From positions 1 to 56,771 of the forward strand of contig JBBDXO010000308.1 in assembly GCA_040902295.1 (NCBI GenBank): 56,771 nt of DNA, read 5' to 3'. The DNA is from Candidatus Rokuibacteriota bacterium. GTDB taxonomy: Bacteria > Methylomirabilota > Methylomirabilia > Rokubacteriales > CSP1-6. Numbering within the stretch: position 1 is the stretch's first letter; each line of letters starts with the position of its first letter. The position numbers and the translations under genes are program-made. A model generated the notes under the pieces. That model saw nothing but the letters and a program-made list of their open reading frames with translations, ran no database searches and was not told the origin of the DNA. Of this stretch, positions 33,075 to 41,799 are shown piece after piece.

Positions 33075-33440
33075 ATGCCGAAGCGCGTCCTCGTGGTCGA
33101 CGACCAGAAGTACCTGCGCGACATTCAGGTGCTGCTCCTGGAAGAGGCCGGCTACGCCGCCACCGCCATGGCCTCCGCCGTCGAGGCGCTCGCGCGCATG
33201 TCCGACCTGAGCCCTGACCTGATCGTGCTCGACATGTCGATGCCGGTCATGGACGGGCCCCAGTTTCTCGCCCACCTCCGTGACAGCGATCGCTGGGCGA
33301 GGATCCCCGTCATCCTGTCCTCCGGCCACGATGTGGAAGAGATGGAAGCGCTGCGCGAGCCCATCGTCGACGTCCTCCACAAGCCCTTCAGCGACCGCAC
33401 CCTCCTCGAGCGCGTCCGCAAAATGATCGGCGAGGCCTAG
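33075..33440 (+). CDS. stand-alone response regulator receiver
   Basis: MPKRVLVVDDQKYLRD, DLIVLDMSMPVMDG, PVILSSG, VLHKPF. 121 aa with no output domain. Confidence 0.8.
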   Translation: MPKRVLVVDDQKYLRDIQVLLLEEAGYAATAMASAVEALARMSDLSPDLIVLDMSMPVMDGPQFLAHLRDSDRWARIPVILSSGHDVEEMEALREPIVDVLHKPFSDRTLLERVRKMIGEA

Positions 33441-33470
33441 GAACCAGCACGCGCTCGGCCTGACGTCGAG

Positions 33471-34844
33471 TCAATCCGCGAGGCCTTCGAGCGCCTGCGT
33501 GAAGCACGCCAGCGGTGCCCGCACCACGCCCGCGCCCACCTGGCCGGTGCCCGCCTTCCTGCCCGCGATGCCCGTGTTGATGAGAGGCGTGATGGAGGTC
33601 TCGACGACCGCCCGCACGTCGATGCCGACGGGCGTGCCGCGGTCGTCGAGGGCGGGGACGCGAAAGTGGGGATGCTCGCCGGCGCTGATCTCGCGCATCT
33701 CCGCGGTGGCCGCGAGCGCGTGCGCGACGCCGCCCGCGCCCACGAAGCGGGCGACGGCAGGCGCGGCCGCCATGGCCACGCCGCCGAGGCCGATCGTCTC
33801 CACGATTGCGCTGTCGCCCATGTCGGGGTTGGCGTCGTCGGCGCCGAAGCCGGGGAAGTACAGTCCCACGGGTGTGTTCACCGGGGCCGTGAGCCACCGC
33901 TCGCCGAGGCCGGAGACGCGGATGCCGAAGTCGGTGCCGTTGCGCGCCATGGCCGTGACCAGCGTCGAGCGCGGCACGCCGTTCGCCGGATCCGCCATCG
34001 CCTTGCCCGCCGCCATCGCGAGGTTCAGGAAGAACTGGTCGTTGGCGGCGATGAACTCGGCCAGGCGCGCCACCGCCTGGTGCTTGCCGCCCGCGCGCGC
34101 CAGGTGCGGCATCAGCGCGCGCGCGAGCAGCGCGGAGGCGGCGAGGTTGCGCTGGTGCATCTCGTCGCCCATGCGCAGCGCCTGCGCCATGAGGTGGCGC
34201 AGGTCGATGCCGCCGCTCTGCCGCAGCGCCGCGCCGAGGAGCGGGCCCGCCTCCGTGGCCATCCAGCGCAGCCGCGCGATGACGGAGGCGTCGTTGGCGC
34301 CGAAGCGCAGCACCTTGCCGAGCCCCTCGTTGATGGTGGCGTGGGCGTGGTTGCCGTGCGCGCGGTTGTCGACGACGAAGACGGGCATGGAGGCGGTGAT
34401 CACGCCCGTCATGGGGCCGACCGCGCGCCAGCGGTGGCAGGGCGCCAGCGTGACCGCGCCCGATGCCACCAGGGCGGCGGCCGCGTCGTCGTTGGCCGCC
34501 CACTCCTCGTAGCGGGTCGCGCACAGGATCGCCGCGCGCATGGGCGCGCACATCCGCTCCCACGCGATGGGCGGCCCCGCGTGCAGCACCGTGCGGTCGG
34601 GCAGCTCCAGCGCCTCGCGCGCCGGGCGGCAGTCGACGAGCACCGGCTCGCCGTTGACGAGGCGGTCGAGCGCCACCCCGTTGGCGCGCTCGACGCTGTC
34701 GCGTACGCGTTCCAGACGGGCGCGGGGGGGGGCGTGGGGGGGGGCGCCGCCCGCCGGCGGCGTCCACGCCACGTGCGCCACGGGGACGGCCAGCCGCGTC
34801 AGCTCGTGCGCGAAGATGTCGAGCCCCACGCTCACCACGCGCAC
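33471..34844 (-). CDS. DUF1116 (YlbE-like) protein
   Basis: Long conserved body (HAGPPIAWERMCAPMRAAI, GPMTGVITASMPVFVV, HATINEGLGKVLRFGAN, GDEMHQRN, NGTDFGIRVSGLG) as recalled for YlbE/DUF1116. The start is uncertain: GTG 34844 was chosen, 15 nt after the fdrA stop. Confidence 0.7.
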   Translation of the reverse strand: MRVVSVGLDIFAHELTRLAVPVAHVAWTPPAGGAPPHAPPRARLERVRDSVERANGVALDRLVNGEPVLVDCRPAREALELPDRTVLHAGPPIAWERMCAPMRAAILCATRYEEWAANDDAAAALVASGAVTLAPCHRWRAVGPMTGVITASMPVFVVDNRAHGNHAHATINEGLGKVLRFGANDASVIARLRWMATEAGPLLGAALRQSGGIDLRHLMAQALRMGDEMHQRNLAASALLARALMPHLARAGGKHQAVARLAEFIAANDQFFLNLAMAAGKAMADPANGVPRSTLVTAMARNGTDFGIRVSGLGERWLTAPVNTPVGLYFPGFGADDANPDMGDSAIVETIGLGGVAMAAAPAVARFVGAGGVAHALAATAEMREISAGEHPHFRVPALDDRGTPVGIDVRAVVETSITPLINTGIAGRKAGTGQVGAGVVRAPLACFTQALEGLAD

Positions 34845-34858
34845 GTCCGCGGGCAGGC

Positions 34859-36385
34859 TCAGGGGCGGCTCCCGCCCGCCACGCGCGCGGCCATGCGCGC
34901 CGCCAGCCGCGCCGCCTGGGCGTTGGACGGCATGACGCACACGCCATGCGCGGCCAGCGTGGCCGTCTGGCGGCGGCGGTCCTGGATATCGCCGTCGGTG
35001 CCGCACACGCTCGCCACCACCGCCACCGCGCGCTCGCGTCGTACGGCGTCGAGCGCGGGCAGGATCTCGCCCGCCGGGTCGGGATGCGCGCCGTAGCCGA
35101 GGATGACGTCGAGCAGGAGCACGGCGGTGGCGGGGTCTCGGCCCTCACGCTCGATCCACTCGCGGCGCACGCCGCCGTCGATCATCGGGTGCGGCCGGCC
35201 CACCGTGAACACGTCCTCGCCGAGGTCGACCACGCGGTGACCGGCGCCGCCGCCCGCCACGCCGGGCGTGACGTCCGGCAACAGCGCCGCGAGCAGGCCC
35301 ACCGCCTCCCAGGCGAGGGTGCCGCCCGCGTACACGCCGCGCACGTAGCGCTGGGCCGGCGCGAGCGCGCGTACGCCGGTCTCCACCATGGCCTCGATGT
35401 CGCCGGCGGGCAGCGTGAAGTGGGCGGCGCGGGGGCGCGTGCCGCGGGCGAGCGCGACGGTGGCGCGCGCGGCGTCCTCGAGGGTGGCCGCGGAGTGCCA
35501 GGAGGGATCGGGCGACGGCGGCACGCCCATGAAGTGAACGACGCACGGCTTGCCGAGGCGGCCCGCCTCCTGCGCGATGCGCGCGGCCACGATGGCGCCC
35601 GGCGGCTTGCCGATGATGCCGATGACTGCCGTGGCCGGATCCTCGGCGAGCGCGGCGAGCGCCTGCGTGAGCATGAGGCCGCCCACGGCGTCCGAGAGAT
35701 CGCGGCCGCCGAGCCCGATCGCCTGCGACACGCCCTCGCCCTGCGCGGCGATGAGCGACATGACCTCCTGCAGACCGGTGCCGGAGGCGGCGGCAAGGCC
35801 GATGCGCCCGCGCGGCACGGCGTTCGCGAACCCCAGCGGCACGCCGTCGATGAGCGCCGTCCCGCAGTCCGGCCCCATCATCAGCAGCGACCGCTCCGCC
35901 GCATACCGCTTCAACGCCACTTCCGTCTCGACGGGGACGTGATCGCTGAACACCATCACGTGCAGCCCCGCCCGCAACGCCTTCCATGCCTCCGCCCCCG
36001 CATACATCCCCGGCACCGAGATGAGCGCCAGATTCGCCCCCGGCAGCATGGCGATCGCCGAGCCCAGCGTCCGCGGCCGCGCCCCCTGACCGCGCGCCTC
36101 GCCCGCCCCGCGCACCGGCGCCAGCGCCGCCCCCGCCGCCGCCCGCGCCCGCTCCGCCGCGCGCTCGTCCGTCGCCATGACCGCAATGACGAGATCGCCG
36201 GGCCCCGCGGACTCGCCCTCCACCGCCAGCAGCCCCGCCTGCCGCATCAACGCGACATTCGGCGGCGTCCCCATCATCGCCGCCCCCAGCGTCACACCCT
36301 CGACCGCTTGCATGTCGTTGGACAGCCGCATGAGCGTCACCGAGTCGTGATACACCCCCCGCACCACGAAATTCCAGACAGGCAC
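34859..36385 (-). CDS. fdrA: FdrA-family protein (succinyl-CoA-ligase-alpha-like / acyl-CoA synthetase NDP-forming fold)
   Basis: VRGVYHDSVTLMRLS N-terminus, CoA-binding NLALISVPG, IGLGGRD and GIIGKPPG motifs. GTG start at 36385. Confidence 0.8.
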   Translation of the reverse strand: MPVWNFVVRGVYHDSVTLMRLSNDMQAVEGVTLGAAMMGTPPNVALMRQAGLLAVEGESAGPGDLVIAVMATDERAAERARAAAGAALAPVRGAGEARGQGARPRTLGSAIAMLPGANLALISVPGMYAGAEAWKALRAGLHVMVFSDHVPVETEVALKRYAAERSLLMMGPDCGTALIDGVPLGFANAVPRGRIGLAAASGTGLQEVMSLIAAQGEGVSQAIGLGGRDLSDAVGGLMLTQALAALAEDPATAVIGIIGKPPGAIVAARIAQEAGRLGKPCVVHFMGVPPSPDPSWHSAATLEDAARATVALARGTRPRAAHFTLPAGDIEAMVETGVRALAPAQRYVRGVYAGGTLAWEAVGLLAALLPDVTPGVAGGGAGHRVVDLGEDVFTVGRPHPMIDGGVRREWIEREGRDPATAVLLLDVILGYGAHPDPAGEILPALDAVRRERAVAVVASVCGTDGDIQDRRRQTATLAAHGVCVMPSNAQAARLAARMAARVAGGSRP

Positions 36386-36495
36386 GCCGCGAATACTACA
36401 CGAGGCAAGAGGAGCTCACGCATACGAGATGGGGATGGATGAGCCAGGTCGGGCGCCGCCCGCAGTGATCACGAGACGCCGAGAGTCCGGAGGCT

Positions 36496-37863
36496 CTACT
36501 TCGGAGGCGTGATGCCGTACGCCTTGATCTTGCGGTACAGGTGGCTGCGCTCGATGCCGAGCCGCTCGGCCGTGCGCGTCATGTTCCACTCGTGCGCGCG
36601 CAGCTCGGCGAGGATGTACGCGCGCTCGAAGCCGTCGCGCGCGTCCTTGAGCGAGCGCGCCCGCCCGTCGCCCGCCGGCGCCCCCGCATCCTTCGGCCGC
36701 AGCGGTACGGGCAGGTCCTCCGGCGTGATGACGTCCCCCGCCGTCATGATCACGAGCCTTTCCACCATGTTGCGGAGCTCGCGCACGTTGCCCGGCCAGT
36801 CGTAGGCGAGGAAGTAGGCGAGAGCCTCGCCGTCGAGGGTCTTGGCCCGCTTGCCGTTCTCCGCGCAGAAGAGCGCGATGAAGTGATCGACGAGGAGCGG
36901 GATGTCGTCCCGGCGCGCGCGCAGGGGCGGCACCTCGATGGGGATGACGTTGAGGCGGTAGTAGAGGTCCTCACGGAACTGGCCGAGGGCGATGAGGGAT
37001 GACAGGTCACGGTTGGAGGCGGCGATCACGCGGACGTCCACCTTCACCGTATCGCGGCCGCCCACGCGCTCGAAGGACTGCTCTTCGAGCGCGCGGAGGA
37101 CCTTGGCCTGCGTCTTGACGCTCATGTCGCCGATCTCGTCGAGGAAGAGGGTGCCGCCGTCGGCGGTCTCGAACTTGCCGCGCCGCCGTGCCACCGCTCC
37201 CGTGAAGCTGCCCTTTTCGTGGCCGAACAGCTCGGATTCGATGAGTTCCTCGGGGATGGCCGCGCAGTTGACCTCCACGAAGGGGTTCTCGCGCCGCGCC
37301 GACAGCGCATGCACCGCGCGCGCCACCAGCTCCTTGCCGGAGCCGTTCTCGCCGTGGACGAGCACGCGCCCGCTGGAGGGGGCGGCGGTGGCGATCTGCT
37401 CCCGCAGGGCGCGGATCGCCTCGCTGACGCCGATGATCTCCGTGTGCGCCTGCAGGCGCGCGCGCAGCGTCGCGTTCTCGCGCGCGAGCCGGCCGTGCTC
37501 GAGGGCCCGGCTCACGGTGATGAGGGTCTTCTCCAGCGACAGGGGCTTTTCGATGAAGTCGTAGGCGCCCAGGCGCGTGGCCTTGACCGCCGTCTCGATG
37601 GTGCCGTGCCCGGAAATCATCACCACGGTGGCGTCGGGACGCAGGCGCTTGATCTCCGAGAGCGCCTCCAGGCCGTCCATCTTGGGCATCCAGATGTCCA
37701 GGAAGATGAGGTCCGGCGCCTCGTCACCCACCGCGCGCAGCGCGTCCGCGCCGCTGCCGGCCGTCGTCACCCGGTAGCCCTCGTCCTCCAGCACGCCCTT
37801 GAGGGCCGTCTGGATGGCACGCTCGTCGTCCACGATGAGCACGTGCTCGCCCCCCACCGTCAC
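36496..37863 (-). CDS. ntrX: sigma-54-dependent response regulator (NtrX/NtrC family): REC, AAA+, HTH
   Basis: REC region VLIVDDERAI...LIFLDIWMPKMDG. Walker A GENGSGKE; sigma-54 contact loop ELFGHEKGSFTGA (GAFTGA variant); Walker B GTLFLDEIG; WPGNVRELRN; C-terminal HTH. GTG 37863 overlaps the ntrY stop (GTGA). Confidence 0.9.
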   Translation of the reverse strand: MTVGGEHVLIVDDERAIQTALKGVLEDEGYRVTTAGSGADALRAVGDEAPDLIFLDIWMPKMDGLEALSEIKRLRPDATVVMISGHGTIETAVKATRLGAYDFIEKPLSLEKTLITVSRALEHGRLARENATLRARLQAHTEIIGVSEAIRALREQIATAAPSSGRVLVHGENGSGKELVARAVHALSARRENPFVEVNCAAIPEELIESELFGHEKGSFTGAVARRRGKFETADGGTLFLDEIGDMSVKTQAKVLRALEEQSFERVGGRDTVKVDVRVIAASNRDLSSLIALGQFREDLYYRLNVIPIEVPPLRARRDDIPLLVDHFIALFCAENGKRAKTLDGEALAYFLAYDWPGNVRELRNMVERLVIMTAGDVITPEDLPVPLRPKDAGAPAGDGRARSLKDARDGFERAYILAELRAHEWNMTRTAERLGIERSHLYRKIKAYGITPPK

Positions 37864-40088
37864 GCCTCCACCACCACCGGCGTGCGCGCCACGGGGATCT
37901 CGATGATGAAGCGGCTGCCGGAGGGCAGGTTGTCCTCCACGCGGATGGTGCCGCCGTGCTCGCCGACGATCTCGCTCACGATGGGCAGGCCGAGGCCCAT
38001 GCCGGTGACCTTCGTCGAGAAGTACGGCGTGAACAGCTTGTCCTTGTCCTCGGCGGCGATGCCCGGGCCCGTGTCGCTCACGGTCACCCGCACGTGCGCG
38101 GCCTCGGGCAGGTACTCGGTGTCGACGGTCACGTCGCCACTGCCGGCCACCGCCTCCACCGCGTTGTCCACGAGGTTGAGGACGGCGCGCTTGATGTGGT
38201 CGGGATCGACCTCGAGGGGCGGCACGTCGTCGCCGAAGCGCGTCACCAGCCGCAGACCCGGATGCGACTCGCGGTACAGCGTGGCCACGGCCTCGATGAG
38301 CGGCGGCAGATGGGTGGCGCGCGGCACGAGGGCGGGCATGCGCGCGAAGCGCGAGAACTCGTCGACGAGCCGCTTGAGGCCGTCGACCTCCTGGATGATC
38401 GTCTCCGTGCACTCGACCACGAGCTGCTGCTCCTCGCCCGTCATGCGCGACAGCCGGCGGCGTAGCCGCTGCGCGGAGAGCTGGATGGGCGTGAGCGGGT
38501 TCTTGATCTCGTGCGCGATGCGCTGCGCCACCTCGCGCCAGGCGGCGAGGCGCTGCGCCTTCAGCAGCTCCGTGAGGTCGTCGAACACGACCACCGCCCC
38601 CGTGTAGGCGCCGTCGGGCCCGCGCAGCGCGGTGGCGGAGGCCACGAGGGAGATGGCGGCGCCGCCGCGCCGCATGTGCAGCTCCACCGACGCGCTGGGC
38701 GACTTGGGCCGCCGCGTGCGGTGCACGAGCGCCACCACCTCACGCGCCTCCGCCGCCGCGAAGATCTCCTCGATGAGCCGGCCCACGCTCGCCGACTCGC
38801 TCACGCCGAACATGCGGGCGGCGGCGCGATTGATGGTGGTCAGCCGTCCGAGCGGATCGAACGACACCACGCCGGTGGTGATGGCCTCCAGCACCGTCTC
38901 GATGTAGCGGCGGCGGTCCTCCACTTCGGTCTGCTTGTCCTGGAGGTCGACGTACGCCTCTTCCAGCTGGCGCTTGGACTGCGAGAGGTCGTCCGTCATG
39001 TGGTTGAAGGAGTCCACGAGGACGCCGATCTCGTCGTCCGCGCGCGCCTGCACCTTGTAGGACAGGTTGCCCGCCGCCACCTCGCGCGTGCCCTCGGCGA
39101 GCTGCTCGATGGGGCCCGTGATGCCGCGCGCGAGGTAGAGGGCGAACCACGTGAAGGAGAAGACCACGATGAGGGTCATGAGCAGGAAGAGCAGGATATA
39201 GATGCCCTTGATCGGATTCTTGAGCAGCTTGAGCTGCTTGTAATCCTTGAACGCCTGGGAGATGCCCCGCACCTTGGCTTCCAGCCGCTCCGTCACGTGC
39301 GTGCCCACCACCACCGCGCCCGCCGCCTCGCGCTCGCCGTCGCGCAGGCGCCACACGGGCGTCACCGCCTCGATGAGATCGCCCGAGGCCAGCTCCCGCA
39401 CGGTGGTCACGTCCTGGCCCGTGAGCGCCCGCCGCAGGTGCGTCTCGTTGAGGTCGCGGGTGGCGAGATCGGCCAGGATCGGATCCTTGACGTGCACCAG
39501 CTCCGTGCCCCCGGCGCCGAAGACGGTGATGGTGCTGATGGAGAGGAGGTCCTGCTGCTCGACGAGGAAGGCGGCGAGGGCCTCCCGGCGGTCTTCGGCG
39601 AGCAGGTTGTCCCGGTCGAGGACGCGCGCGATGTGCTGGCCGTGGCGCAGCGCCGTCCGCTCCAGGTTCGTGTAGTAGGTCTGGGCCACGGACAGCGCCT
39701 GGTCGAGCGGCCGCTCCACCTGCGGCTTGAACCACCCCTCGATGGACGTGTTGATGAAGTTGGAGGCGATGAGGAAGATCAGGATGGCGGGCACCACCGA
39801 GAGGACCAGGAAGCCGAGCACGAGCTTCGACTTGAAGCGGGCGCCGATCACCTTCTGCCGCCGCTCGAAGCCGAGCTTGACGAGGTTGCGGAAGAGGAGC
39901 AGGAGCAGGAGCAGGAAGACGATCAGGTTCAGGTTGAAGAGGGCGAAGATGACGATGTTGGAGGCCACGGGCAGGTCGGGGGCGAAGGTGGCGAGGTCGA
40001 CCGCGCTCGCGCCGCCGATGAGCAGCAGGAAGGCGGCGATGATGAACAGGTGGCGCTTGCGCCGGTTCTGCTCGCTCAGCAGCGGCAC
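37860..40088 (-). CDS. ntrY: NtrY-like sensor histidine kinase (multi-TM, HAMP, PAS, HisKA, HATPase)
   Basis: H-box region VAQRIAHEIKNPLTPIQLSAQRL is typical of NtrY. HAMP GPIEQLAEGTREVAAGNL; N/G boxes NLVDNAVEA, DTGPGI, GMGLGL. GTG 40088 shares one base with the upstream TAG. The upstream part of track ORF 37860-40436 is shadow. Confidence 0.85.
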   Translation of the reverse strand: MPLLSEQNRRKRHLFIIAAFLLLIGGASAVDLATFAPDLPVASNIVIFALFNLNLIVFLLLLLLLFRNLVKLGFERRQKVIGARFKSKLVLGFLVLSVVPAILIFLIASNFINTSIEGWFKPQVERPLDQALSVAQTYYTNLERTALRHGQHIARVLDRDNLLAEDRREALAAFLVEQQDLLSISTITVFGAGGTELVHVKDPILADLATRDLNETHLRRALTGQDVTTVRELASGDLIEAVTPVWRLRDGEREAAGAVVVGTHVTERLEAKVRGISQAFKDYKQLKLLKNPIKGIYILLFLLMTLIVVFSFTWFALYLARGITGPIEQLAEGTREVAAGNLSYKVQARADDEIGVLVDSFNHMTDDLSQSKRQLEEAYVDLQDKQTEVEDRRRYIETVLEAITTGVVSFDPLGRLTTINRAAARMFGVSESASVGRLIEEIFAAAEAREVVALVHRTRRPKSPSASVELHMRRGGAAISLVASATALRGPDGAYTGAVVVFDDLTELLKAQRLAAWREVAQRIAHEIKNPLTPIQLSAQRLRRRLSRMTGEEQQLVVECTETIIQEVDGLKRLVDEFSRFARMPALVPRATHLPPLIEAVATLYRESHPGLRLVTRFGDDVPPLEVDPDHIKRAVLNLVDNAVEAVAGSGDVTVDTEYLPEAAHVRVTVSDTGPGIAAEDKDKLFTPYFSTKVTGMGLGLPIVSEIVGEHGGTIRVEDNLPSGSRFIIEIPVARTPVVVEA

Positions 40089-40675
40089 TACGGCGCCCTT
40101 GGCAGCGTGCGGTGCGGCGAGCGGCTGCTCGTCTGCTCCGCCGTGCCCGCGATGCGCCCGATGAGCGTGTTCTCCCCATTGAGGGCCGCCTCCGCGATGA
40201 CGCGGACGTAAAAGACTTCGGCGGGGTCGAGGGCGGTGGCGGGAGCGAGCGTGAGCCCGCGAATCTCCGACAGCATGCGCTGCGCATCGTGGATCTCGCG
40301 GGTGGCGAAGGGCGCGCGCGATTCGCCGGCCACGGAGACCACCTTGTACTCCTTGCTCACCACGTTGTACGTGAGGTGCCGCTCGACGACCCGGGTGACG
40401 ACGAGGGTGTCGCGCCACAGCCGGTTGTTCTGCCACAGCTCCACCGTGTAGCGCACGTGGGCGGCCAGCCCGCTCTCCAGTCCCTCACGAAAGGCGGGCG
40501 GCACCGCTCCCAGCGCCATGACGTGGACGGTGACGGCGCGGTCGTGCAGGGAGAGGTCGAGGTCGCTGATCCGGATGGCGGCGCGGGCCGAAACGGCCGC
40601 CCCCGCCAGCACGACGAGTGCGAGCACGGCGATGACGGCGACGGCGGCTGGAGTCCTCACACGCATACGAAACAC
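40088..40675 (-). CDS. secreted DUF4390-like protein preceding ntrY
   Basis: Signal-like N-terminus AAVAVIAVLALVVLAGAAVSARA. Its position directly upstream of ntrY is typical of DUF4390; the family is assigned by recall. The start is GTG 40675 or ATG 40666. Confidence 0.55.
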   Translation of the reverse strand: MFRMRVRTPAAVAVIAVLALVVLAGAAVSARAAIRISDLDLSLHDRAVTVHVMALGAVPPAFREGLESGLAAHVRYTVELWQNNRLWRDTLVVTRVVERHLTYNVVSKEYKVVSVAGESRAPFATREIHDAQRMLSEIRGLTLAPATALDPAEVFYVRVIAEAALNGENTLIGRIAGTAEQTSSRSPHRTLPRAP

Positions 40676-40724
40676 GTCATTATAGCGCCCGGCCGCCCTG
40701 CGGGCCGCCGGGTTGCTGCGGCGG

Positions 40725-41642
40725 CTACAGGGCGGCGAGACCGGGAGTGGCGACGTACTCCGGGCGCTCGGCCATCTCCGGCTTCGGCACCAGGCGGAGG
40801 GCGGCTCCCGCGGGCCGGCGCTCGAGGCCGAGCGCGCGCTGGATGGCCACCACCAGCTCGAAGTTCAGCGCGTGGCCGGCGTTGCGGGCGATGACGTGGC
40901 CGAGCAGGGGCCGCCCCAGCAGCGCGAGGTCACCGATGAGGTCGAGGATCTTGTGCCGCACGAACTCGTCGCGATAGCGCAGGCTGTTGATGGTGCCGCG
41001 CTTGCCGACGACGATCGCATTGTCCAGGGAGCCGCCGAGCGCGAGTCCGTTCTTGCGGAGAACGCCGAGGTCCTTGAGGAACCCGTAGGTGCGCGCCGGC
41101 GCGTAGTCGCTCACGAACATCTCCTCCGTGGGCACGCACGTCAGGACCTGGGTGCCGATGGCGGGATGGTCGTTGTCGAGGGTGTAGCTGATTTTGAAGG
41201 TGTTGCAGGGCACGATCTGCAGCCACCGGCTGCCGGTGCCCACCTGGACGGGTTGCGGAATCTCGATGGGACGCCGCCGCGCGCTCTGCTGCGTGCGGCC
41301 CGCGCCTGCCAGCAGGGCCACGAAGGGCTTGGCGCTGCCGTCCGTGGCCGGGACCTCGGTGCCGTCGATCTCCACCTCGAGATTGTCGATGCGGAGCCCG
41401 GCGGCCGCCGCCATCAGATGCTCGACGGTCTGGATGCGCGCGCCGTTGCGGCCGAGCGTGGTCGCGTAATACGAATCCACGACGCTCTCGGGAGCGGCGG
41501 GAATGGGATCGCCCTGTGGACCCACCCGGAAGACGATGCCGGAGTTCGCGGGAGCGGGAGAGAGTGTCAGACGCGCCGGCTTGCCGGAGTGGAGCCCGAT
41601 GCCTTCGAGAGTCACGATTTTGCGGATCGTCTGCTGTCGCAT
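40725..41642 (-). CDS. lpxC: UDP-3-O-acyl-N-acetylglucosamine deacetylase
   Basis: MRQQTIRKIVTLEGIGLHSGKP aligns with the E. coli LpxC N-terminus (MIKQRTLKRIV..GVGLHTG). TVEHLMAA, RHKILDLIGDL and GHALN motifs are present. Start is set at the internal ATG 41642 rather than 41705. Confidence 0.9.
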   Translation of the reverse strand: MRQQTIRKIVTLEGIGLHSGKPARLTLSPAPANSGIVFRVGPQGDPIPAAPESVVDSYYATTLGRNGARIQTVEHLMAAAAGLRIDNLEVEIDGTEVPATDGSAKPFVALLAGAGRTQQSARRRPIEIPQPVQVGTGSRWLQIVPCNTFKISYTLDNDHPAIGTQVLTCVPTEEMFVSDYAPARTYGFLKDLGVLRKNGLALGGSLDNAIVVGKRGTINSLRYRDEFVRHKILDLIGDLALLGRPLLGHVIARNAGHALNFELVVAIQRALGLERRPAGAALRLVPKPEMAERPEYVATPGLAAL

Positions 41643-41657
41643 GCCGTCGGATACTTG

Positions 41658-41673
41658 AGCAACATGTTTGCCA
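41658..41673 (-). promoter_or_regulatory. sigma-54 type -24/-12 promoter, TGGCAA-acatg-TTGCT
   Basis: On the minus strand there is one mismatch to TGGCAC-N5-TTGCW. The -12 C at 41659 is 17 nt from ATG 41642, with no SD. Confidence 0.35.
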
Positions 41674-41799
41674 TGCTCGGCCAGGTCAATAACCCCCTGT
41701 TTCAACGCGTAAATATGCTAACAGGGAAATCTTGTAACCCTTTCACCGTCCCATGTATGACACGCTGCGGCCAAGCCCAAGTCTCGCTTTTGAGACACT

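Noticed and set aside
41643-41705. 21-codon N-terminal extension of lpxC (start at 41705).
   Set aside because: The canonical LpxC N-terminus aligns with the internal ATG 41642, and a promoter-like element lies inside the extension.
41781-41796. Hairpin GTCTC-gctttt-GAGAC just downstream of the archease stop, as an intrinsic terminator.
   Set aside because: The stem is only 5 bp with A:U pairs and there is no convincing U-tract on the minus strand. This is too weak to call.
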